Origin: Trichoplax adhaerens
Lineage: Eukaryota > Animalia > Placozoa
Assembly: GCF_000150275.1 (NCBI RefSeq)
Contig: NW_002060943.1
Location: 7,122,299-7,186,298 of the forward strand
Reading direction: 5' to 3'
DNA length: 64,000 bases
A program made the translations under genes and the position numbers. Positions 13,301-25,327 of the stretch are shown piece after piece. Under the pieces are notes generated by a model, which saw only the letters and a program-made list of their open reading frames with translations, did not search any database and had not been told where the DNA came from. How positions within the stretch are numbered: the stretch's first letter is position 1; the number at the start of each line of letters is the position of its first letter.

Positions 13301-16300
13301 AGATACTGTGTTACGAAATAGAAATAGATTAGATATTACTGTACCGTAGTTGATAAAGATATTACTTGACTTACGTTCGCGAATGACATCAGGATGGCAA
13401 AACTACTTAAATGATTGCACTGGCAAATAATATGACTCGAATTCTGAAAAGTTGACCAGCATCCTCGCGTAATTAAGACATAATCGCTAAGAAGAAATTA
13501 AAAAATATATCAGCGAATCTTAAAAATGAGCTGTATATTAAATGTAGCTTATCATTTTATAAAGTTTAGGCACCATTTGCATATCATATTTTATTTTAGG
13601 ACTTTCTTTCCTGAAGCTACGACTACGGTTCAGAATAATATCGTCATCCATTACCGTAGAATATTTTGCAAAGCAGTAAAATATCGATCTATATATCTTT
13701 CTGGACGATAAAAATCGCAGCTGTAAATGTTTTTAGCGAATATAGCTACATTTTGTATTATGGGTTGTAAAGCAGTAAAAATATCTCGATAAGTACAGTG
13801 GTACTGTAAGGTGATATTGAGGATAACGGTAAGGATTAATTAATGTATAAATGCTATATAGATATTATACTAGACATTCAAAGCTAGGTAAGACTTAGCA
13901 CAATATGTAACTATACTTAACTTTTCAGCTATATATTTTAATTAATCAAGCAGAATTGAATATGTAAAATTTCTAATGACCCATTCTTGGGTGAATTATC
14001 AAGTATTATTTAAATTATTGCTAGCTTACTAAAACCCCCCAAATAGTATCTTTTGCTAAACATTTCACTATCTCATTAATCCTTTTATTTAATTAAGGCA
14101 CATATATTACTAAATTAAACATTGGTATTTATAGTATTAACAACATAATCAAAGCAAATATGGTTTAAATGCTAAAACTTACGATAATGAAGAACTTTCA
14201 TCCCAAAAAGTACAATTCCATTGTCTTTTTTTGCTATCATTTACTGCATCCTAGGATAATATTAGAAATATTACTTTTAATCAATTTGCTAGGGCAAAGG
14301 TTGAAATTTGCTAGAAATGCGCGTGTAATATAATAATCAAACTTCAACAAAATCAATATCGAACATTGATTTCAATTACAATCTGAAAAATAAGTTCAAT
14401 GGGTGGATCAAAGTGTGTATCGGTGGATAAGTTCGTTGATACCATCAATACGCTGGATGTTATATTAGGTTTTGCATTATTCCTAAGCAATAAGAAGAAC
14501 TTCATACATAAAATATTTCAACTAAAGTTGACAAGATATTAACGATATAAGTTAAATTTAATGTAGCGATAGCTTTTTTAAGTTGCTATGTAAACTAAGA
14601 TCTTTACCATAATTCATCAGTATTAAGAGACTTTTTAATAATGGAGCCCATACTACTATATCTTAATGCGACAATTTTTGTAGCTTTAACAAGACACATA
14701 AAAATTTAAAAATTGTAATAAGATTAGAATAAATTACTTTAATATTTAATTTCTAGTGCTAACCCAACTTTTAATGACTCATAACACGGAATTAATAAAA
14801 TTAAATTTTCTTACTTTTGTTTGATAAGGTGATCGGCAAATTTACTTGATCGTTACCAAATGACAATGAATCTTTGGTTTTAGTGTTTAGTTTTAATTGA
14901 CCCTCTTAGTAAGAGTTAATGTTGTAAAGTAGTAATTTCATAAATTGTGATTATCCAAAACGGTTTAATTGAACAAATAAAAGGAAATTGTGATCAATTA
15001 TGAGCAATTTAAATGCATAGGTTTCTTAGAAATGTCGTACTATACGTACTTACCAATGTTTTCCTTATTTATTGAAATCTGATCGATGCTTTGCAAAATA
15101 TTAAAAGAAAATTCTTCAATGACTTTATTCAGGTCTCTCAGGTGATCCTATAAACGAAATCAATTGATCATTTCATTCCTTCTTTACTATTTAAATATTA
15201 TTAAGAGAAAGTAATAGTTAATCTTAGCTGTAATTATATCAGATAGTATCTAAATTTTATTAGTATTTTTTGGTTAAGACGTAATAAGAATGGAGAGCAT
15301 TTATTTGAAATACTAAATTTCAACATTATGGTTTCAGTTGCAAATAGCTTGTCTTTGGATGAAACTATCAGCGTATTTATTTGTAGTGATGATTTATGTT
15401 TATTTTCAACGCAAGTGCAAAGACTATTGTGATAAAGTGATCTTCAAAACAATAAATCAAGAACTACAGTTTCTTGCAAATTTCACTTTATTACAGAAGT
15501 TAGGTTCGTCTAACTACCAAGGACTATCTGACTATCTGACAATCTACTTATTACAGCAAAATTCACGATTTATATACGATTAGTTACAGAATGCTTTTAT
15601 TGTAACAAATCTTATCTTGCCCATTAAGTTGCAAGATCAGATCTAAATTTACTATCGCGCAATCTATTCATAAATCGCGCGTCTATTTAAAGCATTACAA
15701 TACAATACTTACAGTACTAGCATACTTAGCGCAAATCTATTTATATCTCAGATCTTTATATAAACATCTTAATAGATTCGCTACAATACGTACTGTAAAC
15801 GTCTTCTACAAATAGACTCTTACACAATCTTACACTCTAGCTTACAAGTTAAGTTATTCTCGTACAGTCTTATAATAGTAATCTAAGCTATATTTGGGGC
15901 TGCACTACAACTATTTATGTTTATTTATATAGTTAATGTGATTTCAAGCATATCTACCGATAGAATCATCTCAAGATCAATTGGGTGATTATATCAACCA
16001 TTAAGTTACTAATTTGCTACTTACGCTAGATAATTGCGACCATGCCTGTAGATTGCTAGTATTAACAATATTACTTCCCGACTGAAAGTAATTCTAAGGA
16101 AATATTAAATAATCGATCAATGAATGAATCCATCTGTTAATCTCAATCATTATAGAAACAGAATTAATGATAGGGATTAAGATACACTGTTAAAGTCTAG
16201 TTTATCATACTCGTATTTTCTATATACAATATTTTATGTCCAGTAATTTCAATTGATAATATAATCAATCAGCTAAGTAAATACACTCTAATTCGATATT

Positions 16301-19300
16301 GCCAACTCTAAATAGCAGATTTCATTTTAAGATGATTCGCAAAGCTCGTACTTTTTGTTGAACTAATAGCAGATAGAGTAAATACTAATTATATTCGTAA
16401 GTACAAGCTAATAAATCGGTTAAAAATCAGCGAGTACAGGAATTGAACCTCAGTAATCATAAATGCCCGTTGCTTATTCATTGAATCTTTAACATGATTA
16501 ACCAATGAAGACATGATCTGATTTGTTGTCGTTATGTCACCAGGAAGGATCGTATCTGAAGTATTTGTGACACCAGCCAGTGAAATAGTTATCTCTTCAG
16601 TGGATCGAGAATCATAAGTAAATTTTTCCGCCTGAAATGAAATAAAAACTATTAATTCAATGTAATCTTCTAGGTTTTAATCTATTTGACCCGGTAGTTT
16701 ATTTCTTAATTAGAGCTAGTACGAGTTACTAGAAGCATCATCAAAACTAAATGGACGGATTAAACTAGCCTGGTTCTAGTATGATAGGTATTAAACCATA
16801 GCATTGTGTAAGAATCTTTATAGCTAACATTAAAATATAGTAACAATAGTCGTATATATTATATTAACACGTTAATATTTAGATATTTGAATGGCTATAT
16901 TGAATGCTAGAACTATTTAAAATTAATTATAATACTCATTATTTTAATAAAAATAAATTAAATTTAAATATTGCTAACACTTCAAATAAGTATACGCATA
17001 ATACAGCTTAACGCTATTTTATCAGTTAAGAATTTAAAACTTTATCTCATACCAGAAGTGTTGCAAGTATCTAGCGTATATTTTATATACTATATACATA
17101 TGGCTATGATGTCCATTTTGTTATATGCTAAAATATATGTGCTTATCATCAACATTTATATGAGAAGACCTTACCAATACTTTAAGATCTAGAAATGCAG
17201 GATTAGTACAATTTAACAGATTCGGTGATTGCCATATCCCATTTTCATCACAAAAACGATAGATTCTCCCTAAAATGACAAAAATATGTATAATTCAGTT
17301 CCGTTAATGATGATGCCATTTTTGAAATGATCACTACATTAAGTTTTACGCATAGATGATACATATTATATTATATCATAGTACATTAAGAATTGTAATG
17401 TTTGCATTTATATTATTAGAATTTAAAGAAACAAATGTAATAATTCGAAAGAATCGCTATCAAATAATTAAGTCGTTCAAAATCTGGACTTACCAATAGT
17501 ATCATTAACGCATTGGGTAATAGCTACATTATTACTGGCAGTTAAAGGCCATTCGATTCCAGAATTAACTTCTGATTGACACTTTGGGAAACTCTTATCT
17601 GTATAGGTAATTTTATATTGAAATAAAGCTGACGATCAATCTTTAAATTCGACCGTCTATTCGAAATGCTAATTCAAGAAAGAGTTAGCAAATATTTTTA
17701 AGATATGATTACATAAATGATTTAAATGCATGAATTAAATATGCATAAATATTTACCTATAATAATAATTTGTCCCTGAGCTTCTTTAGAATCAACTTGA
17801 TTTCTTCCGCTGCAGATGATATTAATTTGATTTGTTTGCAGCTGTCTTGTACTCTTAAATCGCGAAATATTCTTTATTGTCATAGCTGATCTCAAGTTTA
17901 AGTCATCATTTTCAATGAAAATATTTTGATCTACAATGCATATAATCAAGTCCATGAAGTATGTTAATTAGATGATTCAGTACTGTAAAGACCATATCAG
18001 GTAAACAATGAAGCTTCCAGAAAACTGACTATTTAATACATCAAGATTAAGAAATTATGATTTACCGTCTTTAAATGGAATTCTTGTGTTATTGTCAGGC
18101 AAGTATTGATACCATGTAAAATAAATCGGTGTACCAATTCTAATATTCAGTGAGTTACGATCTGATAATCCATATAAAGCTTGACAGGTAAGATTAATGT
18201 AAATGTCGGTATTGAATGTAGTAACTGGCTGTAGTAGTAAATCAGGCATAAATAACGGAATGACTTTTAATACTGGCGACATAGCACTGACACTCAGTGA
18301 CAGCATATCTGAGACGGCGGAGCACCGATAGTATCCCTCATATGAAATTGTCGCTCGATTAATAGTTAGGTAGGAAGTACTATCTTTTGAATTCGTCACT
18401 ATTTGACAATCAGGACATGTTTCTGTTCCAAGTTCAATATTAAATGACCATTGGAAGGTAACATTTAACGGTATAGTTGAATTCAAAAAGCACTTAATGT
18501 TAACTTTGTCATTTTCGAGTGCAGAGCATTTACTGACCAAAATACCATTGGTTGGTGGGAATTCACATTGTAGAAAGGATGCAGGGGTAGGAATAAAAGA
18601 GACTTGAGGCTGTGAAGCTAGAATTATTCAATAGCATTTAAGGATTTGACGTATGCTATCAGAAAATATGAATTCCTAGTTAAAGGACTTAGTATCTGTC
18701 GCATTATTTGTATACGTTATTAGCTTACCAAAAACATGAATAGTAATATTACGACTTTGGCATCCAACAATATTACAGGCTTGACATTCATACGTACCAT
18801 GATCGTCGTAGTTAATGTTCAGTACTGTATATTTACTAGTTCGCGCTAAAATGACTTTCTTATCCGACCGCCAAGACCAAATCGTATAATTAATATTAGA
18901 TGGATTACTATTGGCGGTACAATCTATTAAATAACTTTGTCCGGCATTAATCTCAAAGATAAGGCTAGTGGGTGGTGGATGAACAAATATTGGACGATCT
19001 AACGAGGAAAATTTGCATATTAGTATCCATAAACATAACAACAAATATTAATTGCTGTTATTAATACTCATATCGAATTATTAATGAAACACAAGAGTGT
19101 ACGAACTATTGTGATTTAGCTTATACTCACAAACAACATCGAGATATATATTCTTGCGAATGCTACCGACGTTATTTTCAGCAAAGCATGTGAATGAATT
19201 ATTTTGGTCAAATAATTTAACGGTATGCACTACAGCTGCTTCTTGTAACTGGTCACTAATGATTAGCAAGTTACGATAGTAAATAGATATTGCAGGCGGT

Positions 19301-20743
19301 GGATTACCATACGCACTACAATAAATAGTAACATTATGATCCACTAGTTGAGTTATTATATTTTTTGATTCGTTAAATTTAGGAGGAATAGCTAAAGGAA
19401 AGGGATAAAGTAACACATTATTTGAGCCTTTAGAGTTTTTCAATTTCTGTATTGAAGTACTCGAAATCAACATACAAAATCGATGGAATTTTGATTGAAC
19501 TTACGACAGCCAATAGAAAACTTGCTAAAATTAACTATTGCAACTTGTTTTCCATGGATTTTGTTCGAACAATATAACAGATCAATTGGCTTGATAAAAC
19601 GATTCCATGTACTAGTCCAATTGAGTTGGCAATCACACACAACTGGGTTACTTTTTAGTCCTCTATGTACAATTAGTACAATACTGTTATTTATTATGAC
19701 CAAACACTATAATTAGATTACAACATGACGCATTAGAAGTATAAAGTTTTACTTTACTGAATGTGATTGATTTAATTCTATTTGTGCATTTAACCATATT
19801 TTTAATATCATATGAGACATATTTTCTACAAATAGATAATATCTAGCGTGCTATAAGAATTTAAACTAAATTAAATGGTCTAGTAGTCTTACAATCGTGT
19901 CAACTTTGGCAAATCGAATACTGCTTGCGGAAAATTAACCAGTTTATTATAAGAAAGATCCCTTAAATAGTTTAATGAATGGTTGAATTTTAGAAATGCA
20001 ATCTTGAGAAAGTATTTCAGTAAATTTTTCGAAATGCTTTAGTAATAGTTATCGCTCTTACAAGTCCTCAAGTTTCGTAAAATTATCAAATTGCCCATTT
20101 TCTAACCTAGCAATCTCATTATATTGTAATTGCCTATGAGAAAGAGATAAATAAATCACCGAATCTTCTTCTAGCTAGGTATAACCTAGATTTTCTACAT
20201 GACACAATTTTATTTATATTACATTCCGCTAAAATATACATAATAGATCATATTTGATTAGATTAAGTCAGATAATTAATTTTTAATCCGCATTATATGC
20301 TTTTTATCGTTTTTTATCTATCTGGTAGTACTATTAAGTTAATTTTACGACGTATTAGTTGTTAAAATAGAAGAGCACACAAAATCTGCAATATCGTAAC
20401 GGATAAGTGTAGGAATTCAAGAATCAGAAATATCTATTTAGAATGTAAATCTTTCAGTTGATTATACTACGATTTTGTGAGTAGTAGCTAGTATCTTTAT
20501 GTATCATACTTCAGTTACATTTCATAATATTAAAGTAACTTACAAGACTGCAATATCAACAGGAAGATTATCAGGAAACTTCTTTAAGCCGTGTGATCCG
20601 CAATATGCACTCTTTTTCATATAACTATAATAGATATAACATGGAGATTGACCAAGACAAAGTACTATCAAAGGCGTGATTAGTAAAGCCAATTTAATGA
20701 ATAGCGATGACCGTGCTTGGACATTACTATATTGATGAAGCAT
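10356..20743 (-). CDS. Adhesion GPCR paralogue B (LRR-Ig-hormone-binding-GAIN/GPS-7TM, ADGRA-like architecture); complete, ~26 exons
   Basis: ATG 20743 (MLHQYS...), signal peptide and LRRNT. Two LRR exons (~20062-20134, ~19892-19960), LRRCT, Ig exons (19129-19391, 18729-18997, 18062-18617). Hormone-binding domain (GRIYRFCDENGIWQSPNLLNC). GPS exons WNCTFWD (~14182-14250) and GCW...CQCNHLSSFAILM (~13375-13486). TM exons from ~13150 to 10679 include LHFFALTSFMAMLLEGI, CWLRTD, LLPLLGISWLFG and QGLFIFLFHIV. Last exon 10356-10392 ends SIASQL*. Confidence 0.92.
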
Positions 20744-22566
20744 CTTTTTCACTGTAATCCTCTCTTGCTGCAAATAAATTAAAATGAGCAACTTATCTGT
20801 CCGTACCTCAGCTTGACGATGTAAAACTAAATGATATGATCAAGTAGATATTGTTGATGTAATCGTGAAGAGTACTAATGTGATCTCTAAAGGTAGCCCA
20901 TTCAACAAATACAATCTTTTTATTACGTCATTAAAACAATGATTGCTTTTAATTAATCCAGATGGTATCAGTGTAGGAAACATATTTTCATAGATAAAAT
21001 GGTATGGTATCAACCTGGATTAATTAGTAAAACTTTGGGTTAGATCAGATTAAGTTAGATAAATTGTTAGACTTACAGTAAATTGCAGGCAGACAATAGG
21101 TCCTATTATATCATCCATCAGTTACGTCAAATAAGTATTTGAATGTTGTTTTCAGCTTTATTGTATTGATGATTTACCTGGTCTATCTGAAATACACGCA
21201 TAGCTGATTCTACAGCGTTGTTCTACATCACTATTCTAAATCGACTCTACATCATAACTGATTTTATGTACTGTGGCAACCACTATTTCTGATCAGGATT
21301 ACTGCAAGCATAGTAATATTGTACAAATTATTACATTAGATTGTAAACTCGGTAATGGAAATTATTTTAATATTATAATTTGATACTTTCTGGACTGAGA
21401 TTATTTTACTGCACAGTATTTAAATAACTATCAAATTCTTAGTTTGTTTTTTCATGTAGCACTCAATATTTTCATAGCTACATTTGCATATATTAATTAA
21501 CTAATAGCTGATCATTGCTGGAACTGAACATAGCAGATAGTAATATTCTATAACAGTCGTAATGATTTCTATATCTAGTAGACCGTAGTTGCTACGCGTG
21601 CTATACAGGTCTATTCCAAATTTTAAGGAATAAATTGATTAAAGATGAGTATTGCTGGTACTTGAAAATATAACAGAGTTGAGCGTAGATTATTACGGTG
21701 CAAAGTAGTTGATAACTAATAAAAATTCCAGTTTAAAATTGATTGTTAAACTAGCTATATCCGGATAGCATTCTATACGAAAGATCTACACGGTCATTCA
21801 GTAACAACCTTTAATAGTAATATTGTTGTGTGGAATGATCGTGCCATTATAGAATGCGGCGTCCTCATGCCGTAGTCCATGCTTACAAAGCTAAATATCC
21901 CGAAATGATACTGTTATGCATTTGGCAGTTAATGTAGTGTACTATCAATATTGCACAGTATAATAGTAGTATTATGTTAATTACGCCATGCTTTGGTCTA
22001 CTTAGATGCAGCCACTTTTTAACTTGACCTATCTTCCTAGTTTAGCCGTTGTGTAAAGAAGATTTAATACTGTACTGTCAAAGCTAAACGACAAGACTGG
22101 TTATATAAGTCTAATGGAAATCTACCGATCCAAATTTACTTTCTCATTGAGTAACCGCAAGCTCTTAAGAGGTACTATCAGAGCTGGCCGTAGTTTTAAT
22201 TTCTTTCGTTCTATGCGCGATAAAATCAAAAACAAAACATTAAGACGGAAGAGATAGCAGATCAAAAAACCCATATGTTTTCGAAGGCCTCCGCTATGTT
22301 GAAAAAAAAAAATTACAAATAAACATTACTGAATGCTACTAATAAAAGTTATTAAAACTCTTAAACCTTGTATTCAAGGAATACTAAACTTTTAAACCAG
22401 AAATAGCCGCTTATAGGGGTACATGTAGGGGATTCATTAATCCAATTGCAACGCAAATGATTGTTATATCACAACATTACTATTACAGTCTAAATCGGTC
22501 TGACTAGAATAATCCCTAAAAGGCGAATACTGTATATAAGAGTACATGTTTAAAATTCATTCCCCA

Positions 22567-22587
22567 ATATATATATATATATATATA
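22567..22587. repeat. (AT)n microsatellite
   Basis: About 10 AT units. Confidence 0.9.
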
Positions 22588-23571
22588 CTGTACATTCCTA
22601 CAAATACTTTTTTGTTGGACAGGCTAAAGGTATTTTCTATTGTATTCATTCATTTTACGATGTACTAGGTAGTGTCTGAATTGATTAGAATACAGTCTGA
22701 TAAGCAATAGAAGGTATAATGTCAAAGGCTATACTATTCAGAATTTCAAAAACTCTTTCCGACTTTATGATGCCAACGTGCCACAGGCTTGATGCCTGGG
22801 CTAGTGTCGCCATGTAATTTATATAGCACAGTACAAAGGGTAAAGGCGTCGCGGTCATGGATCATTCACATGCTAACCTCAAATTTAATTTACAATATTC
22901 GTACAGGATCGATTTTAGATTTTACGATATTGCATGCAGCACTCAGAGCTACTCGAGAGACCCCACAGAGAATGAAATACTGAATGATGTGTTAATTTGC
23001 TTACAGTTCACGGGGCACTTTCAAAGTATTAATAGAGTACAGTACAGCATGTTGAAAAGGGATACTCTTCAATAGCGTAGACTACATCCACTGTGGATTA
23101 ACTTGCGTTACAGCATTGTACAAGAACTTTACATGGATGTTGTTGTTCTTCTTATTCTTATTATTGCTACTATCATAATACATGCAGAAATACAGTATAT
23201 TCTTTTTTGAATTCTTTTGGAGTCGACATATTATTATTATTATTGTTAATTGAGTCACGGACAGATAAACTCCTACTGTGCTGCATTTTCCTTTAATAAA
23301 GTACGTGGTATCCAGTTTAATTTCCTCAAACTGTATACATTTATTTTTCATCCCTAGGCAGATCGTCAGCATGTTAATCCATGGACGGTACTGGATCTTG
23401 CTTGGCTTTGAAAGAAAGAAAAGTAGTTTATTATGGTATTGGTATCAGGTCCAAAGGACTACAATAGTGTCCCACCAGCAGGCGAACCTCTATTGATTAT
23501 TTGTGGTTTGATCATGATGTGCTGTATTGACTATCAATGTACTGGACGTGTCTATCACTATCGGCCCACTA

Positions 23572-24110
23572 TTGACAACACTTCGATATACACTATGTAA
23601 CAAGAAAAGCAAGATTGTAAATTTAGATAGCACGGAGGAAGAAGATGTCTACCAGAAAATAGTTATGTTGTCAGTATTGACAACACTTCGATATACACTA
23701 TGTAACAAGAAAAGCAAGATTGCAAATTTAGATAGCACGGAGGAAGAAGATGTCTACCAGAAAATAGTAGTGTTAGTGTTGTCAGAATTGACAACACTTC
23801 GATATACACTATGTAACAAGAAAAGCAAGATTGCAAATTTAGATAGCACGGAGGAAGAAGATGTCTACCAGAAAATAGTAGTGTTAGTGTTGTCAGAATT
23901 GACAACACTTCGATATACACTATGTAACAAGAAAAGCAAGATTGCAAATTTAGATAGTATGGAGGCAGAAGATGTCTACCAGAAAATAGTAGTTTTTGTC
24001 AGAATTGACAACACTTCGATATACACTATGAAACAAGAAAAGCAAGATTGCAAATTTAGATAGCATGGAGGCAGAAGATGTCTACCAGAAAATAGTTATG
24101 TTGTCAGTTG
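23572..24110. repeat. Tandem array of 5 near-identical units (105, 111, 111, 106, ~104 bp)
   Basis: Units start ttgacaacacttcgatatacactatg at 23572, 23677, 23788, 23899 and 24005. Confidence 0.97.
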
Positions 24111-24249
24111 TCAGTGTTGTGCAGTCAACAGAGAATTTCGGTAAGGGGGAACGAGTTTTATCTTAGTAGTTTGTGCTAGCGTGTGAAACGCTCGCTCAAT
24201 GCTTCATCTGCATGCAGCAGTAGAGAATAGAGAAGTGGCTGTGCAGCAT

Positions 24250-25010
24250 TGCGTACAGTACTGTACAGTATATTCTGTACTGTACACTGTGACTGGATCA
24301 CAGTATTAGTAGTGTACTGTACGCATTGTACTGTACGCATTGTACTGTACGCATTGTACTGTACGCATTGTACTGTCCAGTACAGTACTGTACAGTAGTA
24401 CTGTACTGTACATTTTCATCATCTGCCAACTACAGCACTGTACAGTACAGTACTGTACACTGTACAGTAGTTGTTGGCAGACGACCCTACAGTACTCAGT
24501 ACTGTAGGGTGCAGGTGTCGTGATGATGAAAAACAAAACAATTCTTCTTCTACGGTACCGTACGGATACCATTACAATCGGTACACACATACATACTGTA
24601 CTGTACAGTGTACACATGTACTGTACTCGGAAAACCATAGACTGTAGCTGTACAAGTTGTATGAGTGCAGTATGCAATACGATGCATGCGAGTAAAGTAA
24701 AAAGTATAGAAAAATATCTGTATAAAGGCCCACTTTCAGTCTGATTGCCAGTGAAGCGCTATGAACTTGACGACTTTGAGTACAGTCCTGCACCTGTAAT
24801 TTGTAGTTGGCCTACAGTACACTCTACAGTATATTGTATTCAGCGTTTTGAAGTTTTTCCACACGACCGTACAGTGTACAGTACCGTACTGTACTAGGCT
24901 GTACTGTACACTGTACAGTATTCCTTGACAGTACAGTACAATACTGTACAGTACAAGCATGTCACACGTCACAGCCATGGATTGTGTACGTACAGTACAG
25001 TACAGCAGCT
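24250..25010. repeat. Low-complexity TACAGTA/TACTGTA palindrome-rich tract, including (tgtactgtacgcat) x4 at ~24313-24368
   Basis: Dozens of overlapping tacagta, tactgta and tgtaca words, plus a perfect 14-bp minisatellite. Confidence 0.9.
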
Positions 25011-25327
25011 AGTTTTGCCACCAAGATGGTACGTAAACATGACAGTCAGTTGTATCCATTTGATAGGAAGAAGATCTCGCCACGGAAGTGGAAGGAGAAT
25101 CGCGCGCTTGCATTTTAACTTGCTCTTGTTTTCCATCGGTAGATTTCAAGTAGTGGTCGAGCGGTCGTCGTCGCTTGACTGACTAGTGTGCTACGGTGTT
25201 GATAGTAGTGTGTAGAAACCAGTCGGTTAGGCAGCACTCTTTAATCTACTCATCCTGTAGACTCAAAACGGCAAACGTTGTGGGCAATTTTGACACCAAT
25301 TTTTTAGTTGATGTCGGTAATCAAGGA

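Noticed and set aside
16430-16455. tRNA B-box-like GGTTCAATTCC on the minus strand
   Set aside because: It coincides with an exon/donor boundary of aGPCR-B and forms no cloverleaf.
23527-24063. 178-aa repeat ORF as a protein-coding gene
   Set aside because: TTG start, no recognisable domain, and the frame shifts in unit 4/5. It is explained by the DNA repeat.
23572-24110. CRISPR-like array (palindrome plus spacer)
   Set aside because: The sequences between palindromes are near-identical rather than unique spacers, there are no cas genes, and the context is eukaryotic.
24306-25182. Overlapping Y/C/T/V/S-rich ORFs on both strands
   Set aside because: By-products of the low-complexity TACAGT tract.
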